NCBI RefSeq assembly: GCF_964204645.1
Contig: NC_134027.1
Span: 7,410,485-7,474,484 of the forward strand
DNA length: 64,000 nt
DNA from: Tubulanus polymorphus
Taxonomy: Eukaryota; Animalia; Nemertea
Direction: 5' to 3'
Below are positions 1-13,301 of the stretch, one piece after another. The notes beneath the pieces were generated by a model. The model ran no database searches. It was not told the origin of the DNA and was given only the letters and a program-made list of their open reading frames with translations. Position 1 is the first letter of the stretch. Every line of letters begins with the position of its first letter. A program made the position numbers and the translations under genes.

Positions 1-201
1 AGTGCAAAATCCTAAACTTAACAAACAGGTAATCAAGTGATGAATATTGAAAATTCGATGAAGAATGCAGATTGTATTGAGCATTTTATCTATTTCCAGT
101 TATGTTATACGTTGCTCGATTGTTTGTTGGCTGAAATATTTCCCGAATTGGCGGAAGTTGATCCAGAGTCTTCTGGGGCAACAACTCCAGTTAACATTTG
201 A
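1..201 (+). CDS. SNX14: Last two coding exons (<1-28, 100-201) of a PXA/RGS/PX sorting nexin, SNX14-like (Nexin_C end)
   Basis: Spliced (GT at 29, AG at 98-99) translation VQNPKLNKQ|LCYTLLDCLLAEIFPEL...VNI* resembles the SNX14 C-terminal [26 protein letters not shown]; TGA at 199-201. Confidence 0.75.
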
Positions 202-1139
202 TAAAAAGATCCTGTATTCTAAGTCTTGACAATCTGTTCTTCGGAGGATCATTCGCTTGTTTGATCTATAAATGTAAAAAATCAGTATATCTAGAATTGT
301 CTCAATCGTGAATTTAATCTCAAATTTAAATTTGAGTCTCTCAACCATGAATTGTATCATTCTGTTTGACCATTGGCATCAGTGATGAATAAACCTTGAG
401 TAGGTTAGAAATGTAAAAAATGGAATTTTATGTTAATAATAAAAATGTTAGATTTATTTTAAATTATAGTTTTCTAGTTCTTTTTTCTGAAGCGTGATGG
501 GTTTGCGATGGATTGTGATGATTCTTTGAAGTGCACTGGTCACAGCTGACAAGCTAGTCCGGTTCCCGCAACTTTTCAACGTGATCGGCTGGTGCTGCCA
601 CCTTGCGACTTGACGAATATCTTGAGTCGATTGTCGAAGCGGAAAACATATATGTTTTAGCTAAATTCGTTTTAACGTATTTTTTAATACTAAGTCGTCG
701 TCTGTCGTCACAGGATTTTTTACCGGAATAATTTCGACTACATGGAGCTTCAAATGGACGATTTAAGTTTGGATGATTAAGTGTTTTGAACTTGACAGAA
801 ACAGTTTTTGGTTGCAGCAGCCAACAACGGCAGCAACAACAACAACAACCATCAAGCCGTTCTTCCGCGTTCCGAGTTTTGTTCGTGTAGACTGTAATAT
901 AGTGTAATTGTCCTAATCCTACAGCTCTTTTTGTTTTGTGACGTTGCAAGTTGAATAATGGCTGTTGGTGAATTTGATGATGTACATTAATCTCTTGCTG
1001 CATTCACATAATGAGATTTTTGCCTGCTGGCTGGTGTCCGAACATTGGAGGTTCCATTGTTAATGTTGTACTAACTAACTAAAATACTGAATTGGTTGTG
1101 CTGCCTCATAATTAATGCAAAAACAGTAATATAGTCAAG

Positions 1140-3122
1140 ATGGATGATTCACCTGATGATGTTGCGCTTGCAGAATCTGCTATGGATGATACAAGTGCCA
1201 GGTAGCTAATCGTAATGCCCCTGTATACTGTAAATCACTGATCCTTGCCCTGAATCACAGCCACCGGGGAAGGTTCCATGGGGGGCTCGTCGAATAAAGC
1301 TGGGGGTCGAAAAGCAAAGGACCCTAGAAAATTGAAAATATGTTTTCTTCTAAAATGTATCAGAGAAAGGTCATCCTTATTAACGAGATTCTTCCTTTTT
1401 TCTAGAATCTTCAGTAGAGCTTTGAAATGGACTGTGGTCCCAGCTTAATGCCACAACCCCTTGTATTTTGATCTTGCACATACACAGCTTATTTCAGATT
1501 TTGACTTGAAATAGTGTCATGAAAATCACATTTTTTACTCTAAATTACAGAGAAGATGAAGAGGACGGAATATTGGAACCGATGCAGTTTGATGATAGTT
1601 TACCCCCAGGTTGGGGAAGACGATGCGTTCAGCGTGCTGCTGGAGTCTCAGCTGGCAAATGGGATGTTTATTTGATCAGGTGATGGTCACATCTAAGATA
1701 ATTGATGCATTTCAACTGGATTTATTTATTATCGAATATATGTAGTATATGACTTAAATTGATGAATATACTAATATATCATCCTTTTGATATATTTTCA
1801 GTCCGGATGGGAGAAAGTTCAAATCGAGGGGTCAGTTACAGTCGTATTTCGATAGAAAAAATATCACAGAATATACGGCTGAGGATTTCGATTTCACCGT
1901 TCGAGGTCGTTCTAATTTTGGCCTGCGCGTCAAACGCCAAGGAGCAACGATCCCGGAAAATGCAGTTGATGAAAAAAAGAAGGTTTCAAAGAAAGGAAAA
2001 AAGGTTCCGAAAGTGAAGCCGAATGAATCGAAGAAATCCGTGTCGAAGATGCCGTCGTCGGCGGTTTCGTCATCAAAACTCGTCGTAAAGATGAATTTCA
2101 AGCAAACGCGTTCGCGTAAACAATTGAAACGAAAGAAGCCGGTGAAAAAAGCTAAAAATAAACCGCAGAATTTGAAAGATGGAGAATCGAGCGCCTCGTC
2201 GTCAGATGAGGAACCGGTCGAAGCTAAACGCGAGGTGAACGTGTTTGATCCGGTAGAATTAAAATCGTCGCCACGTAAACGAAAGTTAAGCGTCAAACTT
2301 TTAGAGTCGGAATCCGTTTCGAAAAAAATGATCGACGCCGCAACAAATGAGATCGTTAAAAAATCGAAAGTCAAAGTTAAGAAGAGTGAAAAATCAGAGC
2401 AAATTAGTGTCGGTAAACTGGAAATAACAGGACTTTCTAAACCGGTTGTTGGACAGGATAATCCTGATAATACGCTGAAGGTGTCTTTGCCGGTGAAAAA
2501 AGGTCCAAAAATAAAGGTTATCAAAGGTTATCATTCTCCTAATAAGAATGTGATTCTTCCTGCGCAGAAAGTGCAAACGGCTGAACCGAAAAAACGTGGC
2601 CGTAAAAAGGGATCGAAAAACAAAGTGAAGCGCGCCCCGAACACTTTAAAATCTTACACCAAGAAACAACAGAAAACTCCAGGATTGGCTTATAAACATT
2701 CGCAGAGCGAAATGGTTGCGTACAGTTTCCCGCAGGCGTCGATGCACGATAGACAATTATCGGATAACTACATCAGCGGGATTCACACCGGATCGCCGGG
2801 TGAACGAACGATCTTACGCGGTCCGAGCGGTTCGAAGGTCGAAACGGACATAATCAATGGACAGAAAGTGACGTACGTGACGATCTTGCCCGCGAAAGGT
2901 TCTGGTGAATATCTCGTACTAGATTCGGGGCATACGTACGCTAAAAAGCCGCGTTATATTATATCACGAACTCCGATTACAAGCACTACGACAATTGGTT
3001 CGTCTGCTAGTCCTTCGCGAGTTATCGTAACATCGTTACCTTCCAGTAAACCAATGTTGAGTTGTATTAAGCCCATACATGTTGGTCCCGTGGTTGATGT
3101 AGCTGCCTATGAAACTGTATGA
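1140..3122 (+). CDS. Methyl-CpG-binding domain protein of the MBD4/MeCP2 family, ~503 aa, no glycosylase domain; exons 1140-1201, 1551-1679, 1802-3122
   Basis: Spliced [46 protein letters not shown]...[10 protein letters not shown]; GT-AG introns are phase-consistent; in frame with ORF 2013-3122 (Lys-rich, KLVVKMNF and [10 protein letters not shown] motifs). Confidence 0.9.
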
Positions 3123-5621
3123 ATACTTCAAACAATAGTATGGTTTCGCTAATCCAGTATTGAAGAAAGAAGCCCTGGGCCGATTTCAGTCTTAGATTTA
3201 GATAATGAGCTAACTGGTTAATTGAAATAAGCTGAGGTATTCTGAAATCTCTGGAACGCCTGGAACCTGATTTATAGGCATTGTACTTCTTGTTGATTAG
3301 TTACCATAGTATGTAATCCACTGGTCTTAAAAACCAGTTCCAGAGTAATCGGTCCATCTTCCTGCACCCCTATTTATTGGGTTCATTGTTGTTTGTTCAC
3401 TAAGAAAAATGCACAAAAATATTGTCATGAGGTCCTCTAAAACTATGTGCCATACAATTGAACTGTTGCAGACTTTTATCTGATGACTCTTGTTATGATT
3501 TAGCTCTGGTTATTAAAGTTTATGTAGAAATTCTATATTTATGTACATAATGCGGCTATGGTACACTATTGGCTCTTCACGAATAGATGTACCAGTATAA
3601 GAAATTGCAACAGATGTGCATATTCTACTTCAATTTTTCAATTATACCTACTAGATGAATCTCGTCGAGAAAAAACCTGAAGTAGATTGGGTTCTAGCAA
3701 TATGAATATTTATATTACATCTGCAGCCATGGATGAAAGGTTCATGGTGGGTGTGGTCTAATCCATGTTGTCTTATAGATAAACATATACTGTATGTATT
3801 TCTAAATTTGTTCGTATACTTTTTGCATTTTTTAGCCCACTCATGCAGTCGCATTGTGAGTTAATTCAGGTGTTGATGCTTTGTTGCTGCGTTTGTCACT
3901 ATTGATATGTTACGAGTTTTTTTTTGATATGAAGTCAGATAACTTTTAGATTTCACTGCTACGAGCGGATGTGGCCATTTTTAATGGTTGCGTCGTTCGA
4001 GTTATGTCTCATTGTTTTACAGTATTCATACAGGAATTTTAATACACCTAGATTTGTATAGTGTAAAGCACTATGTACCTATGTTGTACTATTTGAGGCT
4101 CTCGGTCCATTAGTCTACGTGGTGTTAATAGAAGATACCAAGTTAATCAAGTATTGTTATGTATAATGAAGAAATTGATTTGTATGTTACCTTGAAAGTA
4201 ATCATGCATTACTGGCAAGTCGTAAAGGCTTTATTTGGACTATTTTCGGAATGAAACCTTCATTTTCAAATTGATGATGGACAATTGTCTTAATTTTTAT
4301 GGTTGGTTCAACTGTAATCATTAGTACATAATGTTGTATGTATGTTGTGCTTAGATTGGATAACCTACTAGCCCTGTTGTAAATAATACATTATACGGTA
4401 AATGTTGAATTATCTTGGTTATGTGAAATAAAGTTTCAAGTCGCTTCAGTTTTATGTCTTTATAATTCTGATATTTTGAGATGAAAAGTTGTGGCTTATT
4501 GACATGTTCTATTAATGGAATATTGGCGTGTAGCAAACCTATGGATAGATGATTTCTGGTTCTGTGGAAGAAGAGGCATGACTACATCTGGAAAGTCTCT
4601 ACTATGGACAAGTCTTTTAGGAAATCTCTTGGGACCCATTGTCAATAGTGCCGCTGCAATTGAAGTGCACTCATGACAGGTTTCTATTGCCCAATTGTGG
4701 CGGTACTTCTGCTTTTATTCTCACTGACAACAGTTCATATCCGGTCAGGTCATGATTGGGATTATCGACTGCAAAGCATATCATAAATGCCATCCATCCC
4801 CTCTGGAAAATTTGAGACTCGATTCCACAGCAAGTGTTGTTACCGGTAAGTTAACCACACTCCTAAATCCATTCCTACTAAACACTAAACTTGAATATCC
4901 CACGCCAAATTATATGATTTTCTGCCAGAGATGCAGAAAGCCCTTTGGCTTGCAAAATAAAATAAAACACTTTTTTCTTGATACATAATTTATTTCATTT
5001 ATTCATTGTATATAGATCTCAATATACACTATATTCAAAAATAATAAAACGTTAACATTCAAGAGAAGTCAATTACTCTAAACTGTAGCCATTACATGCA
5101 TATACACAATATAATATTCAATATCAATAATAATAATAATCCTGTTTATTTTACAACGAACTGAAGATGAATATATCGTTGGCACAGTTGTTAGCGTGAC
5201 AGCGCACGGAAAAAAATCTATATTACCTTTCTGACATGGCGGAAATTTTCCCGCATAAGGATGTCATAATTCGAAATGCTTCTTAAATGTATTACTTTTA
5301 AAGTATTGTGAAAATATTTTGCAGGAGTCTAATGCGGATTGAATCCATGGTGCCTACGTACTATTAGTAAAGTAGCACAATTAAAACAATAACAATTCAA
5401 AATTGTTCAGATTTTTATGGTAAAAATGCCCATCTTTTTGAGTTTTAAGTAAAGCACGTTTTATTAAAGAAAGGCACGTTCGCTCAAAATAGCAGCAGAC
5501 GTACACTTTTCTCAAATTCATTTTTCATTCATTGAATACGTGAGATTCACTGAATTTGGTCCGATTTTAATGATGTGTTGTATAAACAATAGAAAAGTCA
5601 TAGTTCCTCCCCTAGTACACA

Positions 5622-8600
5622 TTAGAGACTAGACGCCGAAGTTGTAGCCTGTCCTCCCAGTTCAGCTGTCGTTTCCATCACTTGTGATATTTGCGAGTTA
5701 TATTCGGTAGTTTCCATACGCAGTATGTATGGTATGATACTCTCAATCTGTATGCTACCGATCAGTCCGGCGAAAAACACTTCCTCCATAACGCTCGGCG
5801 ATATACGCCGCAGTGTCGTCAGACGCAGGAGAAGTTTCGCGAATTTCTTCGGCAAATCGGGTGAGTTTTTTTGTATGTATTCCTGTAATTCGGTGTGTGT
5901 GCGATCTTGAAAGTGTTCTATCTGGCGAGTGTGACATACGTTATTGTGATCTACAAAATATAAACACCGGTAACAACATAGCTATATATGATCCGTATCA
6001 TTTTATGGAACTGTGAGTCTGATGTACGTACCGGGACTGAATAGCACCAAACATTTGAGATAAGCATACTCGGAATAATCCACTTTCAATCGTTGATAAA
6101 CATTACTAAGTTCTTGAATTCTCATGATGTTATCAATAACAGTTTTCACTCTTTCCGCCGTTAATTTTCCTACGAAATGAAAAGAAATTGCAATCGATCA
6201 TTCAATTCACTGATGCTTTTCTACACCGCTTTTCATTACCATTTTATAGTGTATAAAGTTAATGAATCATCATCTTGGCATTGGATCGGAACTCTAATAC
6301 AATTGTAGGATTTTACAGGCCCAAACCAGGAACTCTGACAACTATATTTGACCAACTAACTAAATACTTGATCTATTGAGTCACTGATATATTGTAATGT
6401 AGCACATTGTCGGAGTTTTAGTTGTTATACATGCAGTTCAAATAAAGATTTAAAACTTGACAGCACAAGTAGAATTCTACAGTGCAGTGATAGTGCAACC
6501 TTCAAGGACTGGGTTAATTGACTAAGTGTGTCTATTAGACAACACCATAATTCTAGCAATTGCACCCCGAATCAAAATCCTTACATACCCTAAAGAACCA
6601 GTAAATAGTAGCATCTGATCCAGGAGAAATGCTCTCAACTCATAGTCGTAGAGTGACCTTAGCATTAAGTTCATGACTTGACCTGTGTGGAGGTTACCAG
6701 TAGTTCAAATGAATTGAACTCCTCTAAAATGTCATACACTACCTTGTGAAACTGCTGATTGTAAATGGTTGATAACAGCTGACAGGATTGTAGTCAATGA
6801 CATCACTTGTGAACACTGACATAGTCCAAGCACAAATAGTTCACACCAACAAGCTTTCACTAACTCTATCTGTGTCGTCTGCCTGTAGATAGAAATAAAT
6901 AAAACAGAAATCAAAATTTGATAGTCCTTACAAATCATTTTGAGGTGAGGTGTGTCTAAATCAACTGTACTTCGCTTGACTTACTTGAGTATCTGAAACG
7001 CAGGTAAAGCCCTCGACCAATGAAGGGATAAGAACAATAATCTTGAGGCGCTTTCGCAAATGTAGTGCACATTCAGATACGCAGGCATTGGGGATGGTGC
7101 ACTCAAACTGAACTGAAGACTTTGCTCAGCTAACATGCTCCCTACAAAAAATTACATTGCGGATGAAAGATTTTCAACATCGTTATCGGAATCTTACTTG
7201 GACCTAAAACCTACGTTCGTCAGTACAAGCATACTGAAAAGCAATCATTAATACGCATCTACAAGTAAATGTACAGACCTTGAAAATCAATAATCATTTC
7301 ACCTTCCAATGTTGAATCATTATTTGATGAATCCATCGAATTATCCTGAAATAATAAGAAATAGCGATGCACTATATTCTGATCCTGGCTGCGTCATATC
7401 ACAAAGCAAAATTATTACTTGAGTTTCGTATGTGCCTTGCCAACAGAAGTAATATCCCCGGACATCCCAAAAATAACATCCCAAACCAAGGTTGGCATCA
7501 ACATTGCTTTACATTTTTCAATGAAACTAGGCCTCAGTACATTACTGGTCTTACCAGATTAGAGTTAGCTGAATTATCGGGTTGTGCAGCTCTTGCTAAC
7601 GTGTCGAATGCTTTAGCCACACTTTCTGTTCCATCTTCTTCCTCATTTTGAGATCCATTTACCTCGGATGTAGTTTGACTTGGCTGCTGACCATCACCTT
7701 CAACGCATTTGTCTATTTGAGCCATAGTAGTCACTACGTTAGCCAAAGTACTCAGATCTATAATTTGATAACCACATTAGGCGTTATGTCGGGAATAACG
7801 AGAATTTCCAATACAATTGGGATTGCACAATAAATCATCAAGAAGAGAAAGAATTGATCACCTGTATTGGAAGGGGGGGTAACTACAGTTCTATTTTCTG
7901 CTTCAGAGCCTAACATTACAGTACCCTGGTCAGTTTGAACAAGTCTCTCTTGTAAATTTGCGAGTAACGATTCTCCTTTTTGATCCTAAAAACAGAAAAC
8001 AAACCGATACCTACGATAAGAACATAGTACAGCTTTTCCCTTCATCCATGTAGCATTAGAATCATTCAATGCATTGACAAATATCTTTAAGAGAAGAAAT
8101 ATGATTTACCTTAAAGGCAAATGTAGGAGATGCAGTGGCAGGACTTCCAATATCTTTACGTATGTAGATTCTTTGTGTGGACGTTGATGATACCATTGTT
8201 GGATCATGTTTTTCTTGGTTCATTTTATCGTTGGGCTTACGTTCATGCTGGACAGCTGTAATACAGAACAACCTTCAAATCAATGCTGGGTAATATAATG
8301 ATATACATATACAGCCAACTGATCTCAATCCGATAAACTGCACATTTTGCAAAGGTTTTGCTTGATATTTGACCAAATTAGATAAATCAATGACTTATTG
8401 ACTTTCAACTGACCTTCTGATCTCATGCCAACAGCTAAACACCGCTGTAACCTACAGTATTGACATCTATTACGATGGTGTTTTGTGATCAAGCAATCAC
8501 GATTTCCGCGACAAGCGTAGCCCAACTGTTTGCGGATGCTTCGTTTGAAAAAGCCTTTACATCCTTCACAGCTTATAACTCCATAGTGACGACCTATAAA

Positions 8601-11123
8601 CCAAACAAATACAAGATACAACGAGCACAGTCTTTAAATGACAACAGTGAACGATATCTGACAATTAACTACCTGAAGCCTTGTCTCCACAGACAACGCA
8701 AGGTTCAAATGCCTTTTCATCCGGACCTTTTTGAATAACACCCGGAAAACCAACCAAATTCTGAAGATGCGTCTCCTGAAATTTAAGTAGCAAATACATA
8801 TAATTCTAGGTTGTCAGGTGTATTGAAGAGCACTGAACTTATTAGGTCATGTTTGTCACCGAAAAGGTGTTTTGTTTTTTTGAGAGACATTCTATCCCAT
8901 ATCCGATGCTAAATCCTTCTTAGTGTTAAGTAAATTGCATAAAATATTGGTGTTAGTAAGTAACAAATTAAGCCAGGAAGCAAGCACTAGCGCTGAATCT
9001 TGAAGAATGGCAGAAGTGACAGGGGTTTAATAAGACTGATACCCCAATGGATAGATAACAAAATGCTCCCTTTCTAGCTTTTTTAATGTAAGGACAGTAG
9101 ATAATGTTGAGACATATCACCTATCAGGTTAGTAGCTCAATATAATCATCGTAGCTCACGATACATTATAAATATTCTAGATAGTGCAGCAAAGCGAGTA
9201 ATTTTCATAAACACAATAGCTGACTAAAACTAAATTAAAGAATCCTTGAACAAGTCATGCAATATTGAAACATACGGCCTACCTTTAGCTTATTAGCCCA
9301 CTCAGGAGGCAAGGCAGATAGAGGGGTATGTATTGTACCACCTTTCAGATGGGCTGCTAAATCAGTCGGATTAAAAGCTGCCATGACAACTTGAGGAGTA
9401 GCAGTACTAGTACCACTAGCTATTCCAACCTGTCCTGCCTGAAATAATCATATGTACCGCAATGTACAACTAACTCCCACCAAGATACCCTTGACCGTCT
9501 TACTAAAAATTTCCTGTCCATCCTGCATGACTCGAGTTAAATATATACTTAATTGGCTATCAAGACATGACACTGAATTTGCTATATTTTCCTAGGTCAA
9601 CAAGTGATAAACTGTTCTCACACTTAACACTTGATGCTTACCATTGAACCAGCTGTTAATGATACAGGTATCGTCAATCCCCCTGTGGAAAGTGTAATCG
9701 TTTGCGGTGAACTTTGACCCGGCTGCTGGACACCAGCTAAAGATATCACGTTTGTCGTACAAGGATTGGGAGTGGCACTGACGTAATGAAATAGGTTATT
9801 TTCATCGACTGCAATGACAGGTTGAACTCGAGCCGTGCATGTTAGACTTCCATCCTGTCCGTCCGATCCATCGGATGATAGAATTTCCGTTTTTAGAATC
9901 TCCGCTTTAACCAGACGTGCCTGAAAAATTAAAAAATCCCTTAAAACATGAAGGGCGAATTAAAAAACTAAATGTCTTCTATAGGCCTGAAGCCTGTTCT
10001 TGAGTAGGGACCAAAAGACATCATATGAAAACATCTAATTTTCATCTAACTAGGATTTCAAGGGTATGTTCAACGTTCCACTCTTCTAGGATGCTGTAAT
10101 TCATTAGGCCTATCATTCAACAGTTTGTAATTATACAAGATTTGTATAATTTTGTTATGAAAATTTCTTGATTAGGGCCCAGCACAAAATTAGTACATGA
10201 ACATTCATTTCACTCAAGCCATCCTTTTTCAGATATCACCAATAAAATTTTAAATTAGTGCAAGTGCCACAAAACTGTATAGAATGAAAAAAAAATTGCA
10301 TTATGTTGACCTTTCAAATGTCAACTAAGTTTCATAATTATTTTTAGATCATTGATCAGTTAAATGTCGCATAAATACAGTGCCATATGAATTTTGGCCT
10401 GAAATTAATGAAAATATACCGGGGTAATTCATCTGACCAAACTGAAATATACTGAATTCAACACCACTTATTGCTTTTCGATTAAAAAAATATCAGAAAA
10501 CTATGCCCTACCATAAAAGCTCAATTATCAGGATTAAAATTGTAGCACCATTCATTCACACAAGAAAATAATCATAGTGGCATAGTGTTAGTTGGTTTTT
10601 ATTGAACAAATATTACAGGCTAAATGCCCTCACAAAGCCAAATATAGCCACATGCTGGAAATGTGAGGCCATCGAAAGGTCATTGAAAAGTAGGCTAAAA
10701 TCTAAATGACATTAACATCTGGCGAAAAATATAATATCATAAAGCAATCTCATATGAAACCTATTCTGAATTATATCAGTACTTCTAGTTCATACCTGTC
10801 AAACATATTATAGTTATTAGCATTAATGATAATAACCTCTAGAGGCTATTATCAAGCTTCTTCTGAGATTATATTTGTCATTGGAAGCTTCCAAATCTGA
10901 CAAGCAATCTTCTCAGATGAATGACGACTGAGATTTTCCAGTATAATATCAATAGGTAACTGAATATTTATAACTGAAATACACAAAACTTCATAAATCT
11001 GACTATAATCATCATTACCTTCGTGGAAATGTTTTCTCCAGCTGAAGTACCAACTTCGCCAGCGTCGGCGGCGGCAACCTCTGCATCAACTGGCTGCTGA
11101 TCCGGCTCTTCTAATGTTGCCAT
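5622..11123 (-). CDS. NR2C2: Orphan nuclear receptor TR2/TR4 (NR2C1/NR2C2 ortholog); exons 11123-11019, 9920-9642, 9438-9283, 8775-8673, 8593-8414, 8255-8110, 7985-7862, 7757-7555, 7345-7279, 7141-6985, 6882-6743, 6169-6032, 5950-5622
   Basis: [34 protein letters not shown]; RIYIRKD hinge; [10 protein letters not shown]; [27 protein letters not shown]; C-terminal [27 protein letters not shown], all NR2C signatures; exon phases consistent. Confidence 0.95.
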
Positions 11124-11670
11124 GGCAACAACCTACTAGCACGAGTTACGTACGTGACCTTTGAATAGTATCTGCAAAATAGGAAAAGTCAAAAGTCATT
11201 CGGCAACAGCGTTCTATATGAGCTATGCACAGAGAGCTGAAAAAAGTATCTCAAGCAATTGTTTCTTCATATTCTGGATTGCCATGTCATGAACCTACTG
11301 TCCGTTTAAAGTTCAAACAATACATTTCTTTATCAATGAAATAGTTACTAAACAATTAGGAAATCTTAATAAACAACACAGACAATATTGTGGTCATAAA
11401 ATATTCCCAGCTCTGATTCATTGCTGATACCACAAAAAAAAAATCGAATTTTTGATACCACTAATGATGCACTCAAGTTCAAGCACCTAAACTAACTTCG
11501 GTTCAGAAGACTTTGAGTAGCTAGTCGGCCTATCAGAAGTGAGGTTCGACCAATAGAAAAACTAAGGATACGTCACTGAGTAGATGACATTTTACTGAAG
11601 CAAAGACTGCTTAGTGAAACACAAGGCCAGAAAATGTGGGTAAGATTCAAGAATAGGGGACTAGTGGTAA

Positions 11671-11700
11671 GGTTAAGGGTTAGGGTTAGGGTTAGGTTTA
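11671..11700 (+). repeat. Short interstitial (TTAGGG)n-like tract
   Basis: GGTTAAGGGTTAGGGTTAGGGTTAGGTTTA read directly, ~140 bp before a dispersed repeat copy. Confidence 0.7.
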
Positions 11701-11837
11701 GTTCCCTAATCTTCATTAATTACTATATATATTACTATCATTATATATCATCATAATCAATTACTATTATTATTACTCATTTGATTGCTATCCTTAGCTC
11801 CATCCGCCTGAGAAGGCATCTTCGAGCATCTAAATCT

Positions 11838-12710
11838 AACTAGGGGTCCACGGACACCATGCCCACTTGGGAAGTGGTTTGAAATGCTCAACAATCAGAA
11901 AATGTCAATATTCAATGCCCCTGGTGAAAGAAAGGATCTCGAAACTCACCACAATCATAGAAAATGTCACAAAACTACAATTTTGCAATTGCTGTGGTTA
12001 CAAAATAAGCCAAGGGACCAATACACCATGAAAATACTAAGTTATTTGGTTACTCAATGCCCCCTGGTGACCAAATACGAAAACCAATGACCTTGAAATT
12101 CAACACAATCATACAACATGTCATTAGCTACAACTTTGCAATTGATTGCAATTACAAAATATCCAGTTCCAATATAAACAGGCATATTGTACATAATTCA
12201 ACTCCCCCTGGTGACGAGAACAAAAAAACTGGGTAACCCCAATTCCATGTGAGATGAATCCTATGACAATGATAACATTTATTAAATATTAAGATTATAA
12301 ATTATAACCTGTCAATATTTTCCTGAAAAAACCTTTTTCTATCAACAAGGACTGATGACACTTAGGCCCTACGATGGCTCCAATTGCGTCACACTAGACT
12401 GATCAAAACATCTGTCTGATGTTTAAGATCCCTTCCCAGGGTATACCAATTATGAATTTCAATGAAAATGACAAACCAATTGGAAGCTACAGGGGTCATA
12501 ATTATCGTAATTCAGGGCAAAAATGACCTTTTTGGGCACAAAAAAAGGTCACAGGACAGGCATTTTGTGTCCAATCGACCCAATCTTTCTCATGCTGATG
12601 CACCATAGGCTACATGGACTTCACACCTATGTATGGTGCTCGCTTTTTATCAAATATTTGGCAACTTCCATTTCTTTCAAATTTACGCCCCCTCAAATTG
12701 AACCATGCTA
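11838..12710 (+). mobile_element. Dispersed non-autonomous repeat, copy 1, with internal ~143-bp tandem subrepeats
   Basis: Begins AACTAGGGGTCCACGGACACCATGCCCAC, shared with the copy at 39916; CAAT/CT-CCCCTGGTGA units at ~11913, 12055, 12199; shared downstream TTGTGTCCAATC block. Right end approximate. Confidence 0.7.
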
Positions 12711-13301
12711 AGCAAGGTTTCGATTGAATGTTTTTACTGTAGAAATGTAACACATTCCTGATTAGTAACTCTTCAATCAGCGGTTTACAGATTGAATACT
12801 ATTCTTCCAGAATTAGAATAAGAAGAGCGTAGACACCAATCACAACCTTTCTTAGGATAGGCTATGGCGGGTACCTTGATCTTTACGATGCTAAAATGAA
12901 AATTTTTGGACAGCGTGTACAGGTTCAGTAAGAATGATATCACAGGTGTACCAGGTATCATCGAAAATTGCATAGAAAATAAAAATGTGGGTTCATCAAA
13001 CCAGAAAATTCTTGGAAATACCCAGTCCAGGCCGACGAGGGCTGTGTGAGTGTGGTGGTGCCGGCCGCGGGGTGTCAACAGAAAATACATACATGCTGCA
13101 TCATTGCATGCTTGGCTAAACCTAGAAACTGTACTCACATTAATTCTTTCTGTGTGAACAAATAATGGGCGAAAATCAGACCCAAATCTGATCCCAAAAA
13201 CACAAGCGCCTGGATAGACTGTTTCTGCAAAGCGCACCACAGACCCGCTCTGTGCGCTGTTTCTCCTCTTCTTATCCAGATGAAAACAAGGCGACTGTCA
13301 T

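Noticed and set aside
554-1003. 149-aa ORF with poly-Cys
   Set aside because: Cys run comes from a (CAA/CAG)n repeat in the MBD gene 5' region.
1832-2524. 230-aa minus-strand ORF
   Set aside because: Antisense shadow of the Lys-rich MBD exon; Phe/Leu/Ser-rich with no motif.
2922-2945. SGHTYA as an HCF-1 binding motif
   Set aside because: Lacks the required D/E immediately before HxY.
11671-11700. Telomere or telomerase RNA template
   Set aside because: Only about 3 perfect units, intronic and beside a repeat; no supporting structure.
12785-13240. 151-aa ORF in TR2/4 intron 1
   Set aside because: No homology or splice support; likely chance.
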